DNA of 64,000 nt from positions 206,630-270,629 of the IMG/VR virus record IMGVR_UViG_3300017917_003822. One strand, 5' to 3'. Of the stretch, positions 1 to 9,090 are shown piece after piece (positions within the stretch are counted from its first letter, which is position 1; every line of letters begins with the position of its first letter). The notes under the pieces were generated by a model. The model did no database searches, was not told the origin of the DNA, and saw only the letters and a program-made list of their open reading frames with translations. Made by a program: the position numbers and the translations under genes.

Positions 1-2
1 GA

Positions 3-692
3 TTTTCAGAAAAACTGAGACAGTATTTTGTAACTGAGGATTTTGTAAAAGATTCCGAGTATGCTAAAGTGATAGCATGGAGAAATAAAACGGTAGCAAC
101 TATGAACAACATCATCAGAAAAACAATCTATGGAGACGTTGCGGAGGGTACTAAAATTCTGGAAGGTGAAAAACTTATCGCCAACAACCCAGTCATCGAA
201 GACAAGATTATTATATTGAATACCAATGATGAGTTTACTGTTGAGCGTTACACTATAGAAAAGGACACAGCAAGATTTGTTATTGATGATCATCCCGATG
301 CGGAACCACTGTCAGTTGAATTAAACTATTATGACACGGAGGTAAGTTACCTGAATGATGCAGATGAGGTTGTTAAGGTCTGGATTAAGATACTACATGA
401 GAGTAGTGAGGTTGAATTTCAGAAGGTTGCTAACATTCTTAAACTTCGAGCAATACAGAAGAGAGGAAAGGATAAATCTTGGCTTCATTATTATAACTTT
501 CTAAGAAGATTTGCTGATGTAAATTACGCTTATGCAATCACCGCACACAAATCCCAAGGAAGTACATATAACACAACATTCGTTCTGGAGGATGATATTG
601 ATATGAATCTGGACATAGTGGAAAGAAACAGAATCAAATATACAGCCTATACAAGAGCGAGTAGAAAGCTCTATGTTCTAAAGAGATTCTAG
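3..692 (+). CDS. RecD/Dda-like SF1 helicase, C-terminal part (5' end outside window)
   Basis: YAYAITAHKSQGSTY and YTAYTRAS motifs; frame open from base 3. Confidence 0.9.
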   Translation, partial: FSEKLRQYFVTEDFVKDSEYAKVIAWRNKTVATMNNIIRKTIYGDVAEGTKILEGEKLIANNPVIEDKIIILNTNDEFTVERYTIEKDTARFVIDDHPDAEPLSVELNYYDTEVSYLNDADEVVKVWIKILHESSEVEFQKVANILKLRAIQKRGKDKSWLHYYNFLRRFADVNYAYAITAHKSQGSTYNTTFVLEDDIDMNLDIVERNRIKYTAYTRASRKLYVLKRF

Positions 693-695
693 TTA

Positions 696-727
696 TTTTT
701 TTTATCCGGGATTATTTGATAGATTTG
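696..727 (+). promoter_or_regulatory. Class A promoter (T-tract, CG, N11, TAnnTTTG)
   Basis: tttttttt-atccg-N11-TAGATTTG. Confidence 0.75.
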
Positions 728-749
728 TAATGTTTAAAAAAATAACAAG

Positions 750-998
750 ATGGCATCAAATCATTATGACGTGAATCACGAGGTTGAAATAAAAATTAAG
801 GTTAAAATTAAGGCCCTTCATAATTATCGTGATCTTGACGAGGAAGGAAAGAAGAAAGCTATAGATTCAGTTGTTGACGATCTACCATCCATAGTGGTGC
901 ACAGTCTGAATAATCATAATAGATTTGTCAGTTATGGAGATCATCTGGGGTACAAAGATTCTGCAGATAGCTACACATTGGAAGCTGAAGAAATATAA
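750..998 (+). CDS. hypothetical protein
   Basis: ORF after promoter; no family recognised. Confidence 0.7.
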   Translation: MASNHYDVNHEVEIKIKVKIKALHNYRDLDEEGKKKAIDSVVDDLPSIVVHSLNNHNRFVSYGDHLGYKDSADSYTLEAEEI

Positions 999-1011
999 AA
1001 AAAAATAAACT

Positions 1012-1470
1012 ATGTTATCGGATTTATCAAGAGGAGAAGAAAATGTATTAAAAAGCATCAGAAACTCCGAAAAGTATCAGGAAAAAAAATTCTCGGACAA
1101 CTATTTTAAGTTGTCAGGAGAAATGGGAAGGGTTGTGGAGGCTGCCAAAATATACATCCTGGACAACTTCCGAAAGGTTGATGACTATTCGGATCTTTCC
1201 ATGATGCTCAGATGTGCAAACCATAAGGGAACCATTTATATTGGTAAGAAGGAGAATAAAAAAAGAAGTAAATCCAACATCATCGATAAGATGTTGTCTG
1301 AATTGAATGAGATAACGATCGAGGTTTCGTCTTTTGATGATGCAGTTTACGATTGGAGCGACGGAGATTTTTCAATCGTTTTAAATGGGGTTGGATACAA
1401 TTGGATAGATCCACTTTCCATCATCAACATAGCGGACCACATAGAAAGCAAACTAGATGAAAACAATTAG
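1012..1470 (+). CDS. hypothetical protein
   Basis: ORF in tight operon; no family recognised. Confidence 0.7.
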   Translation: MLSDLSRGEENVLKSIRNSEKYQEKKFSDNYFKLSGEMGRVVEAAKIYILDNFRKVDDYSDLSMMLRCANHKGTIYIGKKENKKRSKSNIIDKMLSELNEITIEVSSFDDAVYDWSDGDFSIVLNGVGYNWIDPLSIINIADHIESKLDENN

Positions 1471-1798
1471 ATTCTATCGAAAAGATACCAGATGGTATGC
1501 TCATTTACCCGAGTACATTGATCAGGGCGGAACTGAGGAGGAATGTGAGATGGTCTCTGGTGCCGACGATTGGTTGGATCGCATTTCAAATTACTCAGAT
1601 TCTGTGGTTCTGAATTTATCGGACAAGGACCCTCTATCAGAAAAAATAGTTCTCTACGAGAAGGATGAATTTGGTGCAACATATGTGGCACATAGCTATA
1701 AAGAGGAGGATATCAACCAGATCATGTGGCTTTGTCCGGTGACTGTTTATGTTTTTGGTTGCTATCCTGAAGTTATTTATTACAGTATTAAAAGATGA
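1457..1798 (+). CDS. hypothetical protein
   Basis: ORF overlapping neighbours; no family confidently recognised. Confidence 0.7.
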   Translation: MKTIRFYRKDTRWYAHLPEYIDQGGTEEECEMVSGADDWLDRISNYSDSVVLNLSDKDPLSEKIVLYEKDEFGATYVAHSYKEEDINQIMWLCPVTVYVFGCYPEVIYYSIKR

Positions 1799-2043
1799 GA
1801 ATAAAAGCAATTTACAGAAAAAACCTGAAAATGAGCGAGGGGAAGCTCGCCGCACAGATAGCCCACGCAGTTAAGAACCTAGGAGAAACCCCGAGGGATT
1901 GCGATATAGTCGTTCTAAAGGTTTCAGATAAAAAGTTTGACGAGATGGTTTCGGAGCATGATTGTTACGTTCAGATAGACAAGGGTCTAACTGAGGTAGA
2001 ATCAGGAACTAGAACAGCGGCAGCCTGGATAGAAATAAAATAA
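1795..2043 (+). CDS. miniature PTH2-type peptidyl-tRNA hydrolase
   Basis: RKNLKMSEGKLAAQIAHA and DKGLTEVESGTRT match PTH2 motifs; only 82 aa. Confidence 0.8.
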   Translation: MRIKAIYRKNLKMSEGKLAAQIAHAVKNLGETPRDCDIVVLKVSDKKFDEMVSEHDCYVQIDKGLTEVESGTRTAAAWIEIK

Positions 2044-2055
2044 CCAACAAGAGAA

Positions 2056-2364
2056 ATGAGCATATTGTCAAAGATTTTTGGGACGAAAAAAGAGGCCGAA
2101 GGTGAAATTAAAATCGAGATACCAGAGGAGGTAATCTTCAAGAAAAAAGAAGTTTCCGAATGGGTAGAATTCAAGAAACAAAAACCTCCCCACGAAGTTG
2201 TTTTAGCTGCCTGTGATACGTATGATTGCGGATGGGTGATGGATACCGCTTGGTGGGATGTTAATAAAAAATGTTGGAGAACCACGGGAGCGATTAAATC
2301 AAAAAGAGCACATTTAGAATACACCCATTGGAGAAGACTTCCAGTTTCACCAGATGGAAATTAA
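2056..2364 (+). CDS. DUF551-like phage protein
   Basis: WVEFKKQKPP ... YTHWRRLP pattern. Confidence 0.55.
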   Translation: MSILSKIFGTKKEAEGEIKIEIPEEVIFKKKEVSEWVEFKKQKPPHEVVLAACDTYDCGWVMDTAWWDVNKKCWRTTGAIKSKRAHLEYTHWRRLPVSPDGN

Positions 2365-2388
2365 TAACATAATAAAGGAGACAAGATC

Positions 2389-2688
2389 ATGGATTTATCA
2401 ACTTACAAATTTCCGGAAGTAACCGGTGCAGACCTAGCATTTCCGACATTCGACACAACAAAGGAGCTAGTAGATGAAGCAAAAAGAAGGAACCCTGTGA
2501 AGGGTATGAAAAAGTTTTCCGAACTATTCTACAGCGGAGGAGAAATAAAACTAAAGGAAGACGTAAAGGGCACATGGAAAGAAAACGCCTATCTTTATGC
2601 AAGAGCACTGATGGGGAGCTGGGCACCTAAACACGAGAACAAGGAGTTGGTTGTAGGCATGATTTTCGAAGAATGTCTAGTTCTTTAG
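2389..2688 (+). CDS. hypothetical protein
   Basis: ORF with GGAG leader; no family recognised. Confidence 0.7.
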   Translation: MDLSTYKFPEVTGADLAFPTFDTTKELVDEAKRRNPVKGMKKFSELFYSGGEIKLKEDVKGTWKENAYLYARALMGSWAPKHENKELVVGMIFEECLVL

Positions 2689-2692
2689 TGGT

Positions 2693-3481
2693 ATGAGCGA
2701 GAGTAAATCTCTATTTAAGGCCTTTATCAGGGTGGTAAAATCCATCTCGGAAAGGGATAATTATTTCCTTGGTGGATTTGGTGCGGTTGAGGTTGTGAGA
2801 GAACCTCTAATAGAGGCCAAAGACAAATCTGAGGTTAAGAAGATATTACTGGAGAGATATCCCCAATTTTTTACCAACGGTAAAGTCCACGAAAGAGAAA
2901 CTAAGGATAATGCTCAATTTTTCTATGTTGTAATATACCCTCTATACGAATGGGAGAAAAAACAAATCGAAGAGGGAGAATGGATATGTGAAAGTTGTGG
3001 ACATATTCATGAAAATCAATATCTGTCAAAACCAAGAATTAACGAGAGGTTATTTGGAACAGATAAGCTCTTCTGTAGGAGTGACGAGGATCTTTGTCTG
3101 GAGAATTACAAGAAGGAATATTATAAGGATGTAGATCTTCCAGATGATCTAGCATACATCAAAAAAGATAGTCCAAATTACATCTATAAATGTACGGAGA
3201 AAGCAACAGGTAAAAGCTACATAGGTAAAACTAGAAATGCTCCATTCTTTAGATGGTGGAATCACCTAACGCACTCAAGCAGTCCCTTTGGAATTTATCT
3301 AAGACAAACCAAATTGAGTGATTGGACTTTCGAAGTTCTTGAGGAGCTGCCAGGAAATATTGATGAGAGCGAAGTTTTTAGAATAGAATCTGAGTACATA
3401 ATGAAATACGATAGCATTCAGAATGGCTATAATACGGTAATTAGTAATAAGAAGGTTCTGGCTGATAACAACGATAACTAA
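2693..3481 (+). CDS. GIY-YIG nuclease domain protein with upstream Cys cluster
   Basis: YIYKCTEKATGKSYIGKT ... RW..H ... E ... GYN; CESC and C..C motif. Confidence 0.8.
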   Translation: MSESKSLFKAFIRVVKSISERDNYFLGGFGAVEVVREPLIEAKDKSEVKKILLERYPQFFTNGKVHERETKDNAQFFYVVIYPLYEWEKKQIEEGEWICESCGHIHENQYLSKPRINERLFGTDKLFCRSDEDLCLENYKKEYYKDVDLPDDLAYIKKDSPNYIYKCTEKATGKSYIGKTRNAPFFRWWNHLTHSSSPFGIYLRQTKLSDWTFEVLEELPGNIDESEVFRIESEYIMKYDSIQNGYNTVISNKKVLADNNDN

Positions 3482-3532
3482 CTTTTTGTAGCTTGTTTCA
3501 GTTGCAAATTATTAGCTAAACATGTAAAAATT

Positions 3533-3724
3533 ATGGATAAGTGGAATTACGATAAAAGAGTTAGAGAATTATCTCAAAAAATTGAACAGTATAAAATACA
3601 CGCTAAACGTGAAATTGAAAACAATAAAGTTTGTCATCCAAGCAAAGTGAGAAATAATTCTCAACGATATTTGGAAATCTGTAAACAAAGGTATAAGGAT
3701 TTTACAGGTGAGGACTATGAATAA
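3533..3724 (+). CDS. hypothetical protein (possible first cassette ORF)
   Basis: Short AT-rich ORF ending just before attC-like site A. Confidence 0.6.
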   Translation: MDKWNYDKRVRELSQKIEQYKIHAKREIENNKVCHPSKVRNNSQRYLEICKQRYKDFTGEDYE

Positions 3725-3734
3725 TTTTTATTGC

Positions 3735-3853
3735 TTATAACGTTCCCACGCTTGGCGAAGTGGCGGATGTAAAGCACTAAATTTTTAATTAAACAAATTA
3801 TGAAAAAGAACAAAACTCGAAATATAGACAAACAACTTCAAAAATTGTTATAT
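3735..3853 (+). repeat. attC-like site A (degenerate right arm)
   Basis: TTATAAC...GTTATAT ends; left arm like sites B and C, but right arm pairs poorly. Confidence 0.45.
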
Positions 3854-4018
3854 GAACAATATGGTGAAGAATACACTCAATGGTATATGAAAACTTTTGA
3901 TGTTAAATTATATTTTGATGGAGCGGAAACATCAGATAGAGGTTATTTAACAGATAGAGAGTTTGACGAATGGAAAGAAGAAAAATGGAAACAATTTTTG
4001 TCCAAGTATGGTTATTAA
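3800..4018 (+). CDS. hypothetical cassette protein
   Basis: ORF between attC-like sites A and B. Confidence 0.65.
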   Translation: MKKNKTRNIDKQLQKLLYEQYGEEYTQWYMKTFDVKLYFDGAETSDRGYLTDREFDEWKEEKWKQFLSKYGY

Positions 4019-4029
4019 AAATTTATTAT

Positions 4030-4162
4030 ATATAACGTTTTCCGTGTATAATAAGTGGCGTACACGATAAACCAAGCCACTAAATTTAAAAATTAACTTT
4101 AAAATACAAAACAAATGAAAAATTTAAAACTTAGAAGCCATTTTTTATACACGTTGTTATGT
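4030..4162 (+). repeat. attC-like site B
   Basis: ATATAAC...GTTATGT ends; arms cgtgtataataagtggc / gccattttttatacacg form a 17-bp imperfect stem. Confidence 0.75.
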
Positions 4163-4399
4163 GTAGTTTTTTTAACATCTTGTAATTGTGATAAACAAAA
4201 AAAAGAAATTATTATTGAAGAAAATAATCATCAAGAAGATTATTACATTTACAATGATACATTACAAAATAATGCAATTCAAGAAAAAAATAATAGTAGC
4301 GGTGTAGGTATCACAACAAGTAGTAAATTAGGTGTAGAAGTAACAGAAGGTGTTTATATTAATTCAAGCGGTGAGTTAGAATTAGGATTTGGTTTGTAA
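4115..4399 (+). CDS. cassette-borne lipoprotein
   Basis: Hydrophobic N-terminus with LTSC lipobox; flanked by sites B and C. Confidence 0.7.
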   Translation: MKNLKLRSHFLYTLLCVVFLTSCNCDKQKKEIIIEENNHQEDYYIYNDTLQNNAIQEKNNSSGVGITTSSKLGVEVTEGVYINSSGELELGFGL

Positions 4400-4405
4400 A
4401 ATTAC

Positions 4406-4528
4406 ACATAACGGTTTGCGTATTGGCGTTGTTGCCAATACTGATGTTAAATTGAAAAACTAAATTTGAAATATATGGAAAATGACAATATGAAACAAGA
4501 AGGCAATAACGCTAATACGCTGTTATCG
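4406..4528 (+). repeat. attC-like site C
   Basis: ACATAAC...GTTATCG ends; arms cgtattggcgttgttgcc / ggcaataacgctaatacg pair over 18 bp with two G-U. Confidence 0.8.
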
Positions 4529-4723
4529 GCAGTTGTTGTTCATCCACATCCGATAATTGAAATGCAAATAAAGAACTTTAAAAAAGATGAAGTTGGCTAC
4601 ATCGCTGAATGTATTTTATACAACAAAGAATTTAAAGAAGTAGAAAGCTCATTCTTTATTGACGAATATAGAGCCAACGAAATCATTGATTTAATGCAGA
4701 CGTTTTTGAACAATTGCCGATAA
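4466..4723 (+). CDS. hypothetical cassette protein
   Basis: ORF starting inside site C; stop lies in tgccgataa, the inverse of its gttatcggca start. Confidence 0.65.
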   Translation: MKYMENDNMKQEGNNANTLLSAVVVHPHPIIEMQIKNFKKDEVGYIAECILYNKEFKEVESSFFIDEYRANEIIDLMQTFLNNCR

Positions 4724-4907
4724 AAAATATATTGATAATACTTCATCTATACACACTTTAAGACATTCATCATTTACAAATTTACTAGAATCTGGAACAG
4801 ATTTAAGGATAATTCAAAAAATTGCGGGACATTCAAGTTCCAAAACAACAGAAATCTACACCCATGTTTCGAATAATATCCTAAATAAAGTAAAACTTCC
4901 GATTTAA
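4722..4907 (+). pseudogene. 5'-truncated tyrosine recombinase (IntI/XerD-like C-terminus)
   Basis: Frame reads [50 protein letters not shown]...*; HxxR, GH and catalytic Y present; no start codon (in-frame TGA at 4707). Confidence 0.9.
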
Positions 4908-4939
4908 TTTTTTTATGTCGAGATAATTAATTACTTTTG
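4908..4939 (+). promoter_or_regulatory. Class A promoter
   Basis: T-tract-atgtcg-N11-TACTTTTG. Confidence 0.75.
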
Positions 4940-4971
4940 TTTTCTTAATAATCCACTATAAATCATAAAAA

Positions 4972-5541
4972 ATGGGACTAGATATCACGGTTTATAAACC
5001 AATTAAAGTAAAGGAGGAGGATTTTCAAAAGATTGAGGATTTTTTAAACATCGAAGACCACCCGGAACTTTCAGTGTTTTCTGATTTTATATTCGAGAAA
5101 GAAAACGAATACTATGATCTTGAAAACGAAGCCAGAGATCTGGGTTACAATCTTGAGGATTTAATCTGGACCGGAACATCTTTTGGACCGGAATCTGCTT
5201 ACACTTTCAAAGATAGTGATGGAAATGATGTTAAAATTATCATCACAAAAACAATCAAGAAAATTGATAAGTGTATTGCCATCGAGGAGGTTGGGTATCA
5301 GAGAAAAGGTGCGAATAAAAAATTCTATGAAGATAAGATATGGGACAGTCCATGTGTTATAGATCAGAAGACACTAAACAATCACTGGGAGACTTACTTT
5401 TCAAACCAAACCCCCGAGAGCAAAGGTGGATGGGGAAGCGGGGTTGAATATGAACAGGATGATGAGACCATGAGAAAAAACTTTAAGAAAAATATCATAG
5501 ATAAATTCATCGAGGGGGAAACTTTTGTCATATATCATTAG
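4972..5541 (+). CDS. hypothetical protein (MGLD-start phage family)
   Basis: ORF after promoter; no function recognised. Confidence 0.7.
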   Translation: MGLDITVYKPIKVKEEDFQKIEDFLNIEDHPELSVFSDFIFEKENEYYDLENEARDLGYNLEDLIWTGTSFGPESAYTFKDSDGNDVKIIITKTIKKIDKCIAIEEVGYQRKGANKKFYEDKIWDSPCVIDQKTLNNHWETYFSNQTPESKGGWGSGVEYEQDDETMRKNFKKNIIDKFIEGETFVIYH

Positions 5542-5550
5542 GAGAGCTTT

Positions 5551-5775
5551 ATGAAAAATGAAACTATTATAAAAAAGGTTTTTAAGGAATTTGGTGAGAA
5601 CTTTAATGACTTAACAGGTAGTCAATTATTAGCTATTGATGAGTGTATGTTATTAGCAAGACAAGACAAAGCCAATAGAGTAATTAAAGAAATTGAAAAT
5701 CGCACTAATAAAGTGGGTTGTTTTTGGGCTGATGAGGAAAGAACGAAAAAAATAATCCATGGATACGGGAATTAA
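5551..5775 (+). CDS. hypothetical protein
   Basis: ORF in operon. Confidence 0.65.
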   Translation: MKNETIIKKVFKEFGENFNDLTGSQLLAIDECMLLARQDKANRVIKEIENRTNKVGCFWADEERTKKIIHGYGN

Positions 5776-5783
5776 GTAATATT

Positions 5784-6053
5784 ATGAGAGTTGGAGATTT
5801 ATATGAAATGGGATTCTTTCATAGAGATGGCAATTATGCAACATCCAAATGGATAGTTAAAGATGATGGATGGGGTGAAAATAGTTCAGCAACCATACAA
5901 TATAGACCAGGAAATGGGATCGTTTTGAATAGCGGAGACGATGTAGATTTTAGCAGATTTTCCCTCTGTATTTATGGTAATTCATCATGTCCCAGTATAC
6001 CAGTAAAAATAAGATCCAAGGAGGACCTGATTCAGCTGGAGAGATTCTTCTAA
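5784..6053 (+). CDS. hypothetical protein
   Basis: ORF in operon. Confidence 0.65.
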   Translation: MRVGDLYEMGFFHRDGNYATSKWIVKDDGWGENSSATIQYRPGNGIVLNSGDDVDFSRFSLCIYGNSSCPSIPVKIRSKEDLIQLERFF

Positions 6054-6065
6054 AAAAAATATGCT

Positions 6066-6530
6066 ATGGAAAGAAAAACATCAAAAGAATGGTATGATTT
6101 AATACCGGATGAATATGGATTAAAAATACTAGATCCAGATGGATGGGATAGAGAAAATTTCCAGATTTCTTTTTATGAGGAACTGATAACAAGGGAGGAG
6201 TTCAAAAATAGAATATCACTTTCCACGATTCAATGTAAAAAAATTAATTTCCTCGATGATGTCACATATAAGGGGAGTTCTCTAAATGGGCACACCATAG
6301 AAGACATTAAGGCAGAAATTTCAAAGTCCACAGGTTACGATCCTTCAAATATTAGATTATTTGGTTCAAGAATAACGGGTGGTTGGAACGATCATTCGGA
6401 TCTTGATGTCGCTATAATGGACGAAAATAAAGTTCATTTGTGTTTATCCAGTGTAAACTATCTTGGATTAAACTGTGAGATCCGATTTGTTGAAGATTTT
6501 GAGGTCTCCTGGTTAAAGGATTCAGTTTAA
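6066..6530 (+). CDS. small phage domain fused to minimal nucleotidyltransferase (Pol-beta fold)
   Basis: C-half IRLFGSRITG...HSDLDVAI (GS + DxD). Confidence 0.7.
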   Translation: MERKTSKEWYDLIPDEYGLKILDPDGWDRENFQISFYEELITREEFKNRISLSTIQCKKINFLDDVTYKGSSLNGHTIEDIKAEISKSTGYDPSNIRLFGSRITGGWNDHSDLDVAIMDENKVHLCLSSVNYLGLNCEIRFVEDFEVSWLKDSV

Positions 6531-6553
6531 TTAACAATAAACCACAAATTTAA

Positions 6554-6585
6554 TTTTTTTATCCCGAAATAATTTACTATGTTTG
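6554..6585 (+). promoter_or_regulatory. Class A promoter
   Basis: T-tract-atcccg-N11-TATGTTTG. Confidence 0.75.
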
Positions 6586-6603
6586 CGTCTATAATCCTTA
6601 GAG

Positions 6604-7683
6604 ATGAAATACGACATAAACATATTAAATAGCTATATTGATAATGGGCTGCTGGAAAAAAACCCACATCCAACATTACCTCTCGATATCTACAACTACT
6701 CCCGGGAGTGCCAATTTTCACGTCATTGGGATGAGATAACCCTCAACATGAGGGGCACAGTCTTAGACAGAGATGGAAATGTAGTAGCAAGAACATTTTC
6801 AAAATTCTTCAATCTGGAAGAACATCAACCCGAAGAAATTCCAAATGAATCATTTGACGTTTTTGAAAAAATGGATGGTTCACTGGGTATTTTATTTAAT
6901 TACAACGATCAGTGGATATTTGCAACTAAGGGATCATTCTCGTCAGATCAATCAATCAGAGGTAAGGAAATTTTGGAGAAGTACGACTATCAAAGTCTAG
7001 CGAAAGATTGCACATATTTATTCGAGATCATATATCCAGAAAATAGAATTGTCGTCAGCTACGATTTCGAAGATCTAGTACTATTAGCAATCATCAATAA
7101 CGAGGATGGCTATGAATATGACATACACTCGGAGGAGGCGCTTTCTGATGTACTGGATATCAAGGGTTTTAGAATTGTTAAAAAATACCATGGAGTTCAG
7201 GACTATAAGGAGCTTAAGAAAATCATAGATAACAATGCAGAGGGATTCGTCATCAGATTCAAATCTGGTTTCAGAATGAAGATCAAAGGGGAAGAGTATG
7301 TTAGACTCCATCGGCTTCTAACAAACTTCTCGAACATTGACATCTGGGAACTTTTGAAGAATGGGGAGGATCTTGGTAATTTTCTGGACAGAGTTCCTGA
7401 TGAATTTGATCTCTGGGTCAAGAATATTATCTCAGATCTAAGAAGACAGTACCTGGTAATCGAGGAATCAGCACATGAGGTCCATTCATCATTCTTTGTT
7501 GCGAGACCAGATTTTTCGAGAGAAGCGGGAAAGAAAGAATATGCTCTGTGGGTTAAAGAACAAGAAAAGAATTTGCAAGGTATATTATTTTGTCTGTATG
7601 ACGAGAAAAGGTATTCGGATCACATTTGGAAAATGATAAGACCGAAATACCAAAAACCATTTTGGAACAAAATTGAGGATTGA
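6604..7683 (+). CDS. T4 Rnl1-type RNA ligase
   Basis: CRG-like MRGTVLD, FSKFFNLEE, motif I EKMDGSLG, FEIIYPENRIV, EGFV, KIK. Confidence 0.9.
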   Translation: MKYDINILNSYIDNGLLEKNPHPTLPLDIYNYSRECQFSRHWDEITLNMRGTVLDRDGNVVARTFSKFFNLEEHQPEEIPNESFDVFEKMDGSLGILFNYNDQWIFATKGSFSSDQSIRGKEILEKYDYQSLAKDCTYLFEIIYPENRIVVSYDFEDLVLLAIINNEDGYEYDIHSEEALSDVLDIKGFRIVKKYHGVQDYKELKKIIDNNAEGFVIRFKSGFRMKIKGEEYVRLHRLLTNFSNIDIWELLKNGEDLGNFLDRVPDEFDLWVKNIISDLRRQYLVIEESAHEVHSSFFVARPDFSREAGKKEYALWVKEQEKNLQGILFCLYDEKRYSDHIWKMIRPKYQKPFWNKIED

Positions 7684-7684
7684 T

Positions 7685-8326
7685 ATGAAAATTATATTAG
7701 AAAAAAACCAGAATTTATATTTCACGAGTGATACACACTATAATCACTCCAATATTTGCCGGGGAACGTCAAATTGGCCAGGCGGAAGAGGAACCCGAAA
7801 TTTCCATTCACTTGGAGAGATGAACGATGCCATAGTCTCTGGGATCAATTCTATTGTAGGTCCTGACGATTATCTTGTTCATATGGGAGATTGGAGCTTT
7901 GGTGGATTTGAATCTATCATAGAATTCAGAAAAAGAATAGCATGTAAGAACATTATTCTTTTCCTCGGGAATCACGATCATCATATCAGAAACAATAAGG
8001 AAGGTGTTCAAGGATACTTTAGAAAAGTTTCAAGCTACGATGTACTGGATATTAGAAGACCGGAAGGAAAGGAAACTGCTAAATATCAATTTGTATGTTG
8101 TCACTTTCCCATAGCAAGTTGGGACGGCATGAACAAGAAGGTTCCACATCTACATGGTCACGTTCACTTGCCTCCAAATTTAAAAATTCACGAGGGGAGA
8201 GCAATGGACGTTGGAGTAGATGGAAACAATCTACAACCCTACAGCTTAAATGAAATATTAAAGATCATGAAGGATCGTCCAATTAAACATTTGACTTTAC
8301 CAAAAGACCATCACACAGAGGAATAG
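7685..8326 (+). CDS. calcineurin-like metallophosphoesterase
   Basis: SDTH, HMGD, GNHD, HFP, HGHVH motifs; ATG at 7685 preferred. Confidence 0.9.
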   Translation: MKIILEKNQNLYFTSDTHYNHSNICRGTSNWPGGRGTRNFHSLGEMNDAIVSGINSIVGPDDYLVHMGDWSFGGFESIIEFRKRIACKNIILFLGNHDHHIRNNKEGVQGYFRKVSSYDVLDIRRPEGKETAKYQFVCCHFPIASWDGMNKKVPHLHGHVHLPPNLKIHEGRAMDVGVDGNNLQPYSLNEILKIMKDRPIKHLTLPKDHHTEE

Positions 8327-8643
8327 TATGGAAGTAAATGTGGCACAAAGGAGGTTTTGTATCTGGAGATTAGAATTGTGGTGGATCGCTTTTGATTTGC
8401 ACCAATTTCATCCGGAAGGTAGGGTTCATTTAAGAGGTAACTGGTTCTGGAGAATATAAAAACAAGAGAAATGATAACACAAGAAATTTTAAACACTTTT
8501 GTCTTCGATACAATCGGGGGAGAAAAATTTGGGGTCAATGATCCAATAGCTCATGATGAGATTATTGGATACTATCCATCGAGAGAGGAAGCAGAAAAAG
8601 CTTTCATTGAGTACGTAGAAAAAGAAGGTATAATATTCGAATA

Positions 8644-9090
8644 ATGGAAAATTCAAGAACTGGATACAGTATAATTAAACCAACCATGTTTCTCATAAGA
8701 GGAATCCCAGGATCTGGTAAATCGACATTTGCAAATCACATCTGGAACGAGTATGCAATCTGCGAAGCAGACAAATACTTCATAGACAAGGAAACTGGTG
8801 AATATAAATTTGATGCCTCTAAGCTGAAGGATGCGCATGAATGGTGCAGAAATGAAGTTGAGAACAGAATGAAAGAACATCATCTTAATCCACAGTACTA
8901 TCCTGAAATAGCAGTGTCCAATACATTCACCCAAGAATGGGAAATGCAAAATTATCTGGATCTTGCTGATAAGTATGGTTATCAGGTTGTTTCTTTGATA
9001 GTGGAGAACCGACACGGAGGATCGAACGTTCACAACGTTCCGGAAGAAACCTTGGATAGAATGAGACAAAGATTTGAAATTAAACTATAA
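8644..9090 (+). CDS. P-loop kinase (AAA_33 / polynucleotide-kinase-like)
   Basis: RGIPGSGKST, EADKYF, VSNTFT, HNVPEETL..M. Confidence 0.85.
   Translation: MENSRTGYSIIKPTMFLIRGIPGSGKSTFANHIWNEYAICEADKYFIDKETGEYKFDASKLKDAHEWCRNEVENRMKEHHLNPQYYPEIAVSNTFTQEWEMQNYLDLADKYGYQVVSLIVENRHGGSNVHNVPEETLDRMRQRFEIKL

Noticed and set aside
3735-4531. Repeats as a CRISPR array
   Set aside because: The units are long non-identical palindromes separated by whole ORFs; no constant repeat-spacer period
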